From assembly GCA_044342325.1 (NCBI GenBank), contig JBIIPZ010000047.1:1-19477 (forward strand): DNA of 19,477 nt, read 5' to 3'. Position 1 is the first letter of the stretch, and every line of letters starts with the position of its first letter. The position numbers and the translations under genes are program-made. The notes beneath the pieces were generated by a model. The model ran no database searches and was not told the origin of the DNA. It worked only from the letters and a program-made list of their open reading frames with translations. The DNA is from Terrimicrobiaceae bacterium (GTDB taxonomy: Bacteria > Verrucomicrobiota > Verrucomicrobiia > Chthoniobacterales > Terrimicrobiaceae). Below are positions 1 through 9,174 of this stretch, one piece after another.

Positions 1-2
1 TG

Positions 3-968
3 ATAAAAAATGGAGCCACTTCCCTGACTCTCAACGGCAATAGCAGCTACTCTGGCGGAACGACACTCAACACCGGCACACTCGTCATCGGCCACGCCAA
101 CGCTGCCGGCAGCGGAACCATCTTCCAAACCGACGGAACTTCGCTGCTAAAGCTCGACACGACCGGAACAATGGCCAACTCGATGAGCGTTTACAATGTG
201 CTGGCCACTCAGAATGTGACCGCCAGTGGCGCTATCACGGTGAACAACGCGACCTTCGAGGTGGAGGCTGGAGATACGCTGGAACTTTCCGGCGCAGTAT
301 CTGGCACCGGCGGTGTCACCAAAAACGGCACTGGCACACTGATCCTCAGCGGCTCGAACTCCTACACCAACCCCACCACGATCAACTCCGGCACGCTCAA
401 TGCCGCCAATGCCAATGCCTTCGGCTCAAACGCAGTGGTTATCGTCAATGGCGGCTCGCTGTTAGTCACTGCCGACGATGCGATAAACGGCAAAGATGTC
501 ACGCTCAACAGCACATCGACCACAGTGGCCGGTCTGGCCTTCAGCGGCACCTACAACGGCACGGTGGGCGCCCTCACTCTGAGTAGAGATTCGATCTTGG
601 ATCTTGGCACTGGTAGTGTGGCGGCAGCTTTTTCGAACCTGGTGATGGGTCTTTACAACCTAAAAATTTATAATTGGTCGGGCACAACGCTTTGGGGTGG
701 AGGGAATGGAAACAACACGGATCAAATCTATTTTAATCGCACCTTGACAAATTCGGAGCTTGATAGAATCAGCTTTTACAGTTCATTGGACAATAACAGC
801 TTCCTTGGAACGGCCTACCAGTTCGATTCTGGATCGTTCGCCAACGAGATCATCCCCGTGCCCGAACCATCGACCTACATCGCCGGGCTGATTCTTTTGG
901 TTGGCACCGTAGTGCACTTCCTACGCAGAAGGCTTGCGATGGGAAAAAATACGTTGAGCTTTAAGTGA
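3..968 (+). CDS. PEP-CTERM sorting-domain protein with autotransporter-associated beta-strand repeats (5'-partial, starts before the window)
   Basis: The frame is open from position 3 (IKNGATSLTLNGNSSYSGGTTLNTGTLVIG...) into the ORF-track ATG at 171. A second repeat reads TKNGTGTLILSGSNSYTNPTTINSGTLN. The C-terminus has VPEPST, a hydrophobic helix and RRR. Confidence 0.9.
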   Translation: MKNGATSLTLNGNSSYSGGTTLNTGTLVIGHANAAGSGTIFQTDGTSLLKLDTTGTMANSMSVYNVLATQNVTASGAITVNNATFEVEAGDTLELSGAVSGTGGVTKNGTGTLILSGSNSYTNPTTINSGTLNAANANAFGSNAVVIVNGGSLLVTADDAINGKDVTLNSTSTTVAGLAFSGTYNGTVGALTLSRDSILDLGTGSVAAAFSNLVMGLYNLKIYNWSGTTLWGGGNGNNTDQIYFNRTLTNSELDRISFYSSLDNNSFLGTAYQFDSGSFANEIIPVPEPSTYIAGLILLVGTVVHFLRRRLAMGKNTLSFK

Positions 969-998
969 GATAGGGCGCGCCAACTTTCAAGTAACTCA

Positions 999-1769
999 AT
1001 GATATATAACTCGATTGGAAAAAATGTTCTTGTCACGGGCGCAAGCCGTGGCATCGGTCTGGCAGCAGCAGAAGCCTTCGCCTCAGCGGGATGCCATGTC
1101 GTCCTCAATAGCTTTGGCGATCCGGACCGCCTTCAAGCCGCTGCCAAAGACCTTGCAAACCGCTTCAGCATCTCAGCTCACGCCTTGGATGCCGATGTGG
1201 CAGATGCCGCCGCTGCGCGTGCGATGACCCGCCGGGCCGCAGAACTCCTTGGCGGCATCGACATCGTCGTTTGCAATGCCGGCATTTGCGATTTCAAGCC
1301 GTTTTTAGAACTCACCGATGGGGATTGGAAAAAACATGTCGGCATCAATTTCGATGGTGCTTTTTATGTTTCTCAAGAGTCCGCAAAAATCATGGTCTCG
1401 CAAGGCCGAGGCGGCCGGATCATTTTTACCACGAGCGTTGGTGCAGTTCGCTCGAATCCCACGCAGACTCATTACTGCGCAACCAAGGGCGGTCTGCAGG
1501 CCCTCATGCAGGGTATGGCCCTGGAGCTCGGACGCCTTGGAATCAATGTGAATGCCGTAGCCCCTGGATGGATTCACACCGAAATCAACCACGAGGCCTC
1601 GACCACACCTGAAATCGCAAACCCCTTCCTTCAAAGCCGCTGTGCCCTTGGCCGTTTTGGCCAACCCGAAGATCTCAAGGCCGCGTATCTCTTTCTTGGG
1701 TCCAAGGAAAGCGCCTACGTCAATGGATCCACAATCACGGTGGATGGTGGCTGGTTGGCTCAACTCTGA
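999..1769 (+). CDS. SDR-family oxidoreductase, L-rhamnose 1-dehydrogenase-like
   Basis: Motifs TGASRGIG, NAG, YxxxK (YCATK) and VDGG. NAGICxFxxFL, QGRGG, QTHYxxTKxGLxxLMQ and PGxIxTxIN match my recollection of bacterial L-rhamnose 1-dehydrogenases. Substrate not established. Confidence 0.85.
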   Translation: MIYNSIGKNVLVTGASRGIGLAAAEAFASAGCHVVLNSFGDPDRLQAAAKDLANRFSISAHALDADVADAAAARAMTRRAAELLGGIDIVVCNAGICDFKPFLELTDGDWKKHVGINFDGAFYVSQESAKIMVSQGRGGRIIFTTSVGAVRSNPTQTHYCATKGGLQALMQGMALELGRLGINVNAVAPGWIHTEINHEASTTPEIANPFLQSRCALGRFGQPEDLKAAYLFLGSKESAYVNGSTITVDGGWLAQL

Positions 1770-1775
1770 TTTTTT

Positions 1776-2906
1776 ATGTCTAGCATCAAATCCTTGCGGA
1801 TCACCCCGCTCACCTACCCTGAGCCTCACGACCATAACCGCATGCGCCACATTGCCGTGGCCCGTATCGAACTCACCGATGGCACGGTTGGTTGGGGCGA
1901 AGCGATTACCATGTGGCCGGAATGCTCGAAAGCTGTCAAAACCATCGGCGAGGAAGGTTTGGCACCGCTACTGATCGGGGAGTCGCCGCTGGATTCCGAG
2001 CGCCTTTGGGAAAAAATGGTGGCTCATGTGTGGTGGTATGGACGCGAGGGCGTAGCGGCCATGGCAATCAGCGCGATTGACACGGCTCTATGGGATGCCA
2101 AGGGCAAACTCCTCGGGCAGCCCCTGTGCCGAATTTTCGGCGCAAAAAAGCGGGATGCGATCCCGGTCATGGCCTGCATCCATCTCAACATGGACGACAT
2201 CGACTGGTGTCTCCGCGAGTTCACCACCTTCCGCGAATGGGGTTACAAAATCGTCAAAGGCGGTTGGGGTGCCCGCCCGGGACCCGTCCTTGGAGAAGAC
2301 CGTGATCGCGACATGCGTTTAGCCGAGGGCATTCGAGGCATCATGGGCGAAAAAGGTGACTTCGTCCTCGATATCCTCGCCGCCCGCACTCGGTGGGATG
2401 TAAACACTGCGATCCGCCGGATTCGCGAGATGGAGCCGTTTCGCCCACTCTGGATCGAGGAACCGCTTCCGCCTTGGGACTATGCCGCCCATGCCGCGCT
2501 TCGCGCCGCCATCGCCACACCGATCGGAACCGGTGAGCAAGAGTGGACGCCCGAAGGCTACCGCCGCCTCATCGCCGCCGGTGCGGTGGATGTCGTTCAA
2601 GTGGATCCCGGCCGCTGCCTCGGCGTCACAGGTTGTCTCAAGACGGTCGCCATGGTCGAAGCGAACCACCTGAAATATTCCACCCACACTTGGAGCAGCG
2701 CTATCAATAGTGCCGTTGGCGTCCATCTTCTCGCCGCCTACACATCCGGCGCCGCGATGGACTTCAAGCCTCATCCCTCGCCTATGCAGCATGAACTCGT
2801 TTCCGACCCTTGGGAACAGAGGGACGGGCTCCTTGGCGTTCGCGAAACGCCTGGCCTCGGCATAACCGTGCGCGAAGAAACCGTCAAAAAATACAAGCTC
2901 TCCTGA
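1776..2906 (+). CDS. Mandelate racemase/muconate lactonizing (enolase superfamily) enzyme, probable sugar-acid dehydratase
   Basis: N-domain motifs GxxGWGE and AISAIDTALWDAKGK; metal-ligand motifs D(ILA), WIEEP and TGEQ; His in THTW; C-terminal PGLG. Confidence 0.88.
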   Translation: MSSIKSLRITPLTYPEPHDHNRMRHIAVARIELTDGTVGWGEAITMWPECSKAVKTIGEEGLAPLLIGESPLDSERLWEKMVAHVWWYGREGVAAMAISAIDTALWDAKGKLLGQPLCRIFGAKKRDAIPVMACIHLNMDDIDWCLREFTTFREWGYKIVKGGWGARPGPVLGEDRDRDMRLAEGIRGIMGEKGDFVLDILAARTRWDVNTAIRRIREMEPFRPLWIEEPLPPWDYAAHAALRAAIATPIGTGEQEWTPEGYRRLIAAGAVDVVQVDPGRCLGVTGCLKTVAMVEANHLKYSTHTWSSAINSAVGVHLLAAYTSGAAMDFKPHPSPMQHELVSDPWEQRDGLLGVRETPGLGITVREETVKKYKLS

Positions 2907-2908
2907 TT

Positions 2909-3694
2909 ATGGAATTTCTCAATAAAAACATCCTCATCACTGGCGGAGGCAGCGGCTTCGGCCTGGCCTGCGCCCAGCAATTTGCATCGCTTGGTGGACG
3001 GGTCATTCTGGTTGACCGTCAAGAACAGCGCTCCAAGGAAGTCCTCGCCTCGCTCGCATCTCCCAGAGGGGAGGAACACTTTGCGGTCGTTCGCGATTTG
3101 CGTCCCTCGGAAGCGGCCCAGTCTGCAGTCTCCGAAGCCCTCGACAAGGCAGGCTCGATCGATGTGCTCGTGAGTTCGGCCGGGGTCTGCCATTTCAACA
3201 ATATCCACACGATTACCGCCGAAGAGTGGGACGAGGTTCTCGAAATCGACTTGCGCTCGCTCTTCTTCATCGGTGTCGCCGCTGGGGAAGCCATGAAATC
3301 CCAAGGCAGCGGTGGATCGATCATCAATCTCGCTTCCAACGCCTCCCGCAAGGGCCGCGCCCTCTCCGCCCACTATGCGGCTGCGAAGGCTGGGGTCGTG
3401 AGTGTGAGCGAATCCCTCGCGCTGGCTTATGGGCCATCGAATATCCGGGTCAATACCGTCAGCCCGGCGGTCGTGATCACTCCGATGTGGGAGCAAAATT
3501 TTGCTGAACTCGCGAGGATCACCGGCAAGACAGCAGAGCAACTCGCCGAGGTATGGACAAACCAAACCCCGCTGCGCCGCCTCGGCACGGCCGAGGATAT
3601 CGCGAATCTCATCATTTTCCTTGCCGGTCCCAAGGCGGAATTCATCACCGGCCAGCACATCAATGTGTGCGGCGGCTTCATGCACACCTGCTGA
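2909..3694 (+). CDS. SDR-family oxidoreductase (polyol/keto-sugar dehydrogenase-like, probably NAD-preferring)
   Basis: Start moved to ATG 2909, 2 nt after the upstream stop. Motifs TGGGSGFG, Asp after beta2 (ILVDR), IINLAS, YAAAK and ITGQHINVCGG. Confidence 0.87.
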   Translation: MEFLNKNILITGGGSGFGLACAQQFASLGGRVILVDRQEQRSKEVLASLASPRGEEHFAVVRDLRPSEAAQSAVSEALDKAGSIDVLVSSAGVCHFNNIHTITAEEWDEVLEIDLRSLFFIGVAAGEAMKSQGSGGSIINLASNASRKGRALSAHYAAAKAGVVSVSESLALAYGPSNIRVNTVSPAVVITPMWEQNFAELARITGKTAEQLAEVWTNQTPLRRLGTAEDIANLIIFLAGPKAEFITGQHINVCGGFMHTC

Positions 3695-3701
3695 AACTTT
3701 T

Positions 3702-4433
3702 ATGAATCCCGTCCATTGGTCCACGCCCACTGAGGCCCCTCTTGTCACGCCGTTTCCCTTTACCTTTCGCGAGGTCGAGGTTCTCACGCTCGTTTACCGC
3801 ACCACTCCGGAGGCCGTTCAGCGAATGCTGCCGGATCCCCTCCAAGCCATCAGCGATCAAGTCCTCGTTCACATTTACAACATGGGCGATGTGGATTGGC
3901 TAGGTCGCTACGGCGAGTGCAATGTCATGCTTGGCGCGGAACTCCCGGGCAAGGCGGTCGGCGGATTTTCTCCGTTTCTTTTCCTGAACAGTGACGGCGG
4001 GCTTACCCAGGGGCGCGAGGTGCACGGTCAGCCCAAAAAGTGGGGAAATCCGCGCATCGAGTATCGCAGCGACCTCATCGTCGGTATCCTCGAGCGCAAT
4101 GGGATCGAATGCTGCACAGGCACGATGGCTTATAAACAACAACGTGGTGCGATCGAGGACCTCAAGCGCAGCGCGTTCGATTTTTCGCTGAATCTGAATT
4201 ATAAGGTTCTCCAGCACATCAACGGCGAGTGCGCCGTGCGCCAGATCACTAGCCGCCGCTTGGCTGATGTGAAGATCCACGAGTGCTGGCGAGGCCCTTG
4301 CACTGTGGATCTCCGCCCCAACGCCCAAGCGCCGCTCCACCGCCTCCCTGTTGTCGAGGAACTGGAGGGCTATTACTGGAAGGCCGAATTCACCCTTGTC
4401 GTCGGCGAAATCCTTCACGACTACCTTAAATGA
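3702..4433 (+). CDS. Acetoacetate decarboxylase (ADC)-family protein
   Basis: Start moved to ATG 3702. Contains YRTTPEAVQRMLPDPL, YGEC, GREVHGQPKKWG (equivalent to the Adc GRExxxxPKK Schiff-base lysine motif) and APLHRLPVVE. Confidence 0.85.
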   Translation: MNPVHWSTPTEAPLVTPFPFTFREVEVLTLVYRTTPEAVQRMLPDPLQAISDQVLVHIYNMGDVDWLGRYGECNVMLGAELPGKAVGGFSPFLFLNSDGGLTQGREVHGQPKKWGNPRIEYRSDLIVGILERNGIECCTGTMAYKQQRGAIEDLKRSAFDFSLNLNYKVLQHINGECAVRQITSRRLADVKIHECWRGPCTVDLRPNAQAPLHRLPVVEELEGYYWKAEFTLVVGEILHDYLK

Positions 4434-5395
4434 AAAAACCACTCGTCTGCATCACCGACTACGGATTTGCCAATATCGACTCCGAGCGCCAAATCATCGA
4501 AGCCGTCGGCGGAGAACTCCGCTCTGGCCAGTGCAAAACACCCGCCGAGGTTATTGCCCTCTGCGTGGAGGCCGATGTCGTCATCGCACAATGGGCACCT
4601 ATCAATGCCGAGGTCATATCTGCCTTGAAAAACTGCAAGGGCCTTGTTCGCTATGGCATCGGGGTCGACACCATCGACCTCAAGGCCGCAGCCACCGCCG
4701 GGATTCCTGTGGCGAATGTGCCCGACTACTGTATCGACGAAGTCGCCGACCACACGCTCTCCCTCGCTCTCTCCCTTGTTCGGCAGCTGGGAACCACCGA
4801 TGCGCGCGTTCGCTCCGGCGAGTGGAGCATCACTCCACCCGCGAAAAACATGCCCGCTCTGCGCAAGATGACCTTTGCCACCGCTGGCTTTGGACGCATT
4901 GCCCGCGGAGTCCTCTCGCGGGCTGTGGCCTTCGGCTGCAAGCCAGCGGCCTACGATCCGTTTGTTCCCGCCGAGGTTTTTGAAAAAGCCGGTGTCACCA
5001 AACTCTCGGTGGAGGAATTGTTCGCCCAAGCCGATATCCTCTCGCTCAACCTCCCGCTCACAGACGAAACACGGCACTTTGTGAATGCCTCGCGACTGGC
5101 TTCCATGAAGCCTCACTCCATCATCGTGAATACAGCCCGTGGCGGGCTTATCGACACGCGCGCCTTGGCCGATGCGCTCACAAAGGGCACTCCCTTCGCG
5201 GCCGGCATAGATGTTTTCGAAAGCGAACCGCTGGAAGGCGACCATCCTCTTCGCCAAGCACCCAACGCCCTTCTCACATCGCATACCGCATGGTTCAGCG
5301 CGGACAGTGTGGGTGAACTCCAACGCCTCGCCGCCGAAGAGGCCGCGCGCAGAATCTGCGGCAAGAGTTTCAAGAATTCCGTTTCCTCTAAATGA
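4430..5395 (+). CDS. D-isomer-specific 2-hydroxyacid dehydrogenase (CtBP-like subfamily)
   Basis: Motifs RYGIGVDTID, VANVPDYCIDEVADH, GFGRIA, VNTARGGLID, DVFESEP and TSHTAW; ATGA overlap with the upstream gene. Confidence 0.9.
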   Translation: MKKPLVCITDYGFANIDSERQIIEAVGGELRSGQCKTPAEVIALCVEADVVIAQWAPINAEVISALKNCKGLVRYGIGVDTIDLKAAATAGIPVANVPDYCIDEVADHTLSLALSLVRQLGTTDARVRSGEWSITPPAKNMPALRKMTFATAGFGRIARGVLSRAVAFGCKPAAYDPFVPAEVFEKAGVTKLSVEELFAQADILSLNLPLTDETRHFVNASRLASMKPHSIIVNTARGGLIDTRALADALTKGTPFAAGIDVFESEPLEGDHPLRQAPNALLTSHTAWFSADSVGELQRLAAEEAARRICGKSFKNSVSSK

Positions 5396-6228
5396 AAAAA
5401 ATCCCTCTCTCCTGCGCCGACTTTACTTTTCCTCTTCTCAAACACGAGGACGCCTGCAGGTTGATCTCCATGCTGGGCGTGGAAGGAGTGGATATCGGGT
5501 TCTTCACTGGACGCAGCCACATCCGGCCCGAGCAAGTGGAGGGCCGCGAGGCTGCAGAGGGATCGAAGCTCAAGGCTCGCCTTGGCGATCTTGGGCTCAC
5601 GGCCTCCGATGTTTTCCTCCAAACCGGAGCTACACACGATGAGCGTGCCGCCAACCATCCTGATAAGACGCAGAGGGAGGCAGGCTTCGAGATGTTCCGC
5701 CGCGCGGTCGATTTCGCCCTCGCCTGCGGTTCAAGCCACCTGACCGGACTCCCGGGAGTTTCTTTCAAGGGAGTCTCCGACGAGGATTCCTTCAAGCTGG
5801 CCGCCGAAGAGTCCTCGCGGCGCGCAGCAGTTGCGGCCGATTCCGGACTGTCCTATTCGGTCGAGGCCCATATCGGATCCATCGCGGCAACTCCCGTCAA
5901 GGCTCAAGACTTCGTGAAGTTGTCCGGCAATGTGACCCTCACCCTCGACTACGGACATTTCATCTACGCTGGGTTTTCAAACGCCGACATCCACCCGTTG
6001 CTCGACCATACAGGCCATTTCCATGCCAGAGGCGCAGCCAATGCCCGTCTTCAAGCTCCGGTCTCCGAGAACACCATCGACTTTGGCACCGTCCACAACA
6101 GACTCGCCACCCGCAGCTATGATGGCTGGATCTGCCTGGAATATGTCTGGATCGACTGGGAGGGATGCAACCGCTGCGACAATATCTCCGAAACCACTCT
6201 CCTCCGGAACCTCTTTCAAAACCTATGA
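5392..6228 (+). CDS. Sugar phosphate isomerase/epimerase, xylose-isomerase-like TIM barrel
   Basis: Metal-ligand pattern VEAH...TLDYGH...HFHAR...YDGWICLEY; ATGA overlaps at both ends. Confidence 0.8.
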   Translation: MKKIPLSCADFTFPLLKHEDACRLISMLGVEGVDIGFFTGRSHIRPEQVEGREAAEGSKLKARLGDLGLTASDVFLQTGATHDERAANHPDKTQREAGFEMFRRAVDFALACGSSHLTGLPGVSFKGVSDEDSFKLAAEESSRRAAVAADSGLSYSVEAHIGSIAATPVKAQDFVKLSGNVTLTLDYGHFIYAGFSNADIHPLLDHTGHFHARGAANARLQAPVSENTIDFGTVHNRLATRSYDGWICLEYVWIDWEGCNRCDNISETTLLRNLFQNL

Positions 6229-7046
6229 AAATCATTCGCTACTCTGACAAAACCCATTCGATTCACTATGCTATCCAACACCCAGACGGTAGGTGCGAGC
6301 GGCTCGATGGATGCATTTACGATCATCCCAAGCCTTCAGGCGAAGCCGCAGATATCGTCAAGCTTCTTGCCCCCATCGAGCCAAAGGCGATTTTCTGCAT
6401 CGGCTTGAATTATCGACGCCACGCCGAGGAGACTGGCGCCAAGATTCCCGAACGCCCCGTTCTATTTATGAAGTCCCCAGCCGCGCTGCAGCATCCGGGC
6501 GATCCGATCGAGATACCTGTGCATCTGGCCAGCCACGAGGTTGACTATGAATGCGAGCTGGCGATTGTCATCGGCAAGAAATGCAAAAACGCCACCCGTG
6601 CCAACGCCCTCGATCATGTGCTGGGCTACACCTGTGCCAATGACGTGAGCGCGCGCGATTGGCAGATCAAATGGGGCGGCAGCCAGTGGTGCCGTGGCAA
6701 GACCTTTGACACCTTCGCGCCCATGGGTCCTTGCCTCGCGACCCGCGAGGAAATTCCGAATCCCAACAAACTGGCCATTCGCACAATTCTGAACGGCAAT
6801 GCAGTTCAGGATTGGAATACCGATGACATGATTTTCGATGTCGCGGCGATCATTGAATTCCTGAGCGGCAGCACCACGCTTCTGCCTGGAATGGTCATTC
6901 TCACCGGCACACCGCATGGTGTTGGAATGGCGTCCAATCCGCCTGTGTGGCTTAAACAAGGGGATGAAGTGACTATTGAAATCGAGGGTATCGGATCGCT
7001 CACAAACCCCGTTCTTTTTGAGAGTGGAATGGGTGGTTCTGTATGA
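6225..7046 (+). CDS. Fumarylacetoacetate hydrolase (FAH)-family protein
   Basis: Start moved to ATG 6225 (ATGA overlap). Motifs CIGLNYRRH, VDYECELAIVIGK, ANDVSARDWQ, GKTFDTFAP and ILTGTPHGVG. Confidence 0.92.
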   Translation: MKIIRYSDKTHSIHYAIQHPDGRCERLDGCIYDHPKPSGEAADIVKLLAPIEPKAIFCIGLNYRRHAEETGAKIPERPVLFMKSPAALQHPGDPIEIPVHLASHEVDYECELAIVIGKKCKNATRANALDHVLGYTCANDVSARDWQIKWGGSQWCRGKTFDTFAPMGPCLATREEIPNPNKLAIRTILNGNAVQDWNTDDMIFDVAAIIEFLSGSTTLLPGMVILTGTPHGVGMASNPPVWLKQGDEVTIEIEGIGSLTNPVLFESGMGGSV

Positions 7047-7113
7047 TCTCGAGCGCTCTCAGGGTTGCATGATGCAGAGAGTTTCGACTCGGCAAGTTCG
7101 ATGCGAACGCGCG

Positions 7114-8064
7114 CTATACCTCCCGAATCAAGCCGAATTGGTTGACTCGGAGGAAGTCCGCGTAAGCGTGGCGGATGCCGCTTTCAAGGTGGTATTTGGG
7201 GCGCCAACCAGTGGAGAGGACCTTTGTGCTGTCCATCAGCTTGCGCAGGGTGCCGTCGGGCTTTGACGAGTCCCAATCTATTTCCCCACAAAAGCCGGTG
7301 ACGCGTGCTACGATGTCCGCCAGTTCGCGAATCGTCACATCGCTGCCAGATCCGATGTTGATCCAATCTGGCGGGTTGTGGAGTTGCAGCACGTTGAGGA
7401 GCCCTTCTGCAAGATCGTCAGCGTGGAGAAATTCGCGGCGGGCGATGCCGGTTCCCCAAAGCGTGACGCGCGGGGATTTGTTTTGAGCCGCTTCGTGAAA
7501 GCGTCGGATTAACGCTGGCAGGACATGGGAATTCTCGGGGTGATAGTTGTCGCCAGGCCCGTAGAGGTTGGTCGGCATGGCTGAGTGAAAGAGCACGCCG
7601 TATTGCTGCCGGTAATACTGGCAGAGTTTGAGGCCGGTGATTTTGGCAATGGCATACGCTTCGTTGGTCGGCTCCAGCGGCGCGGTCAACAGGCTCTCTT
7701 CGGTCATCGGTTGAGGAACGGACTTGGGGTAGATGCAGGAACTTCCTAAAAAAAGTAAGCGCTTCACGCCATGCCGCCAGGATTCATGGATGAGGTTATG
7801 CGCGATGGAGAGGTTTTCGTGGAGGAACTCGGCGGGGTAGGCGCTGTTCGCATGGATGCCTCCGACCCGCGCGGCTGCGATGATGACGCATTCCGGTTTT
7901 TCGCGTTCATAAAATGCCCGCACATCCGAGACCTCGCAGAGGTTGAGTTCCGAGCGGGTCTGTAGAAGCAGATTGTTGAACCCCTGAAGCCGTAGGGCGC
8001 GAACGATGGCCGAGCCAACCATTCCGCCGTGTCCGGCAACATGAATGCGGGTTGATGAATCCAT
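7114..8064 (-). CDS. fcl: GDP-L-fucose synthase
   Basis: Motifs [40 protein letters not shown] and [10 protein letters not shown]; directly downstream of gmd. Confidence 0.95.
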   Translation of the reverse strand: MDSSTRIHVAGHGGMVGSAIVRALRLQGFNNLLLQTRSELNLCEVSDVRAFYEREKPECVIIAAARVGGIHANSAYPAEFLHENLSIAHNLIHESWRHGVKRLLFLGSSCIYPKSVPQPMTEESLLTAPLEPTNEAYAIAKITGLKLCQYYRQQYGVLFHSAMPTNLYGPGDNYHPENSHVLPALIRRFHEAAQNKSPRVTLWGTGIARREFLHADDLAEGLLNVLQLHNPPDWINIGSGSDVTIRELADIVARVTGFCGEIDWDSSKPDGTLRKLMDSTKVLSTGWRPKYHLESGIRHAYADFLRVNQFGLIREV

Positions 8065-8074
8065 GGCGAATCTT

Positions 8075-9115
8075 TTACGGAGGGGTTATGTTTCCGTCGG
8101 TTCCCATGCCGATGCTCTGATAGGCCATTTCGCGGCGGGCGAGTTCAAGATCGGCTTCCGTCATGATCCTAACGAGTTCTTTGAATTTCACCTTTGGTTC
8201 CCAGCCGATTTGACGCTTCAATTTGGCGGGATCGCCGATCAGCAAATCGACTTCACTCGGGCGTTCGTAGCGGGCGTCGTGTTTCACGTATTGCTGCCAG
8301 TCCAATCCCAAAAGGCCGAAGCATTCCTCACAGAATTCGCGGATCGTGTGGGTTTCTCCGGTCGCGCAGACGTAGTCATCGGGTTTGTCTTGTTGCAGCA
8401 TCAACCACATGACCTCCACGTATTCCTTGGCATAACCCCAGTCGCGCTGCGCATCGAGATTGCCGAGGAAGAGTTCGTTTTGAAGTCCCATTTTGATGCG
8501 GGTTGCGGCGCGGGTAATCTTGCGGGTGACGAATGTTTCTCCACGGCGCGGGCTTTCGTGATTGAACAGAATGCCATTCGAGGCGTGAAGGTGATAGGCC
8601 TCCCGGTAGTTGGCTGTGAGCCAGTAGGAAAAAACCTTCGCGCATCCATACGGTGAGCGTGGGTGGAATGGTGTTGTTTCCCTTTGGGGCACTTCATGCA
8701 CTTTGCCAAACATCTCCGAGGAGGATGCTTGGTAAAATCGCACATCCCGTGTTAATCCCGATTCGCGGATCGCTTCGAGGAGGCGAACGGTGCTCACGCC
8801 CGTGACATCGCAGGTGTATTCCGGCACATCAAAGGAAACGCGAACATGGCTCTGGGCGCCGAGATTGTAGATTTCGTCGGGTCGCAAATCATAGAGCAAT
8901 TTCATCATCTGCGAGGAGTCGGCCAGATCGCCGTAATGCAAAAACAGACGGGTTCCGTTGATGTGGGGATCGGAGTAAAGATGGTCGATGCGGCTTGTGT
9001 TGAATGTCGAAGCGCGCCGGATGATGCCGTGAACTTCGTAGCCTTTTTCCAGCAGAAGCTCCGCCAGATACGATCCGTCTTGTCCAGTTATACCAGTGAT
9101 GAGCGCTTTTTTCAT
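8075..9115 (-). CDS. gmd: GDP-mannose 4,6-dehydratase
   Basis: Motifs [59 protein letters not shown] and RDWG. Confidence 0.97.
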   Translation of the reverse strand: MKKALITGITGQDGSYLAELLLEKGYEVHGIIRRASTFNTSRIDHLYSDPHINGTRLFLHYGDLADSSQMMKLLYDLRPDEIYNLGAQSHVRVSFDVPEYTCDVTGVSTVRLLEAIRESGLTRDVRFYQASSSEMFGKVHEVPQRETTPFHPRSPYGCAKVFSYWLTANYREAYHLHASNGILFNHESPRRGETFVTRKITRAATRIKMGLQNELFLGNLDAQRDWGYAKEYVEVMWLMLQQDKPDDYVCATGETHTIREFCEECFGLLGLDWQQYVKHDARYERPSEVDLLIGDPAKLKRQIGWEPKVKFKELVRIMTEADLELARREMAYQSIGMGTDGNITPP

Positions 9116-9174
9116 GTCATGTAAAGTAGCAGGTCATTCAGACTTGTCCTTGTGAAGAAGCGTAAATAATATTT

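Noticed and set aside
2810..6224. Longer ORF-track starts at 2810, 3501 and 6165 (also 17754 for proA)
   Set aside because: They overlap upstream genes extensively; the downstream ATGs give tight coupling and family-typical N-termini.
7047..7113. Bidirectional terminator between the FAH gene and fcl
   Set aside because: Only short, weak inverted repeats (e.g. GTTCG-ATG-CGAAC) and no U-tract.
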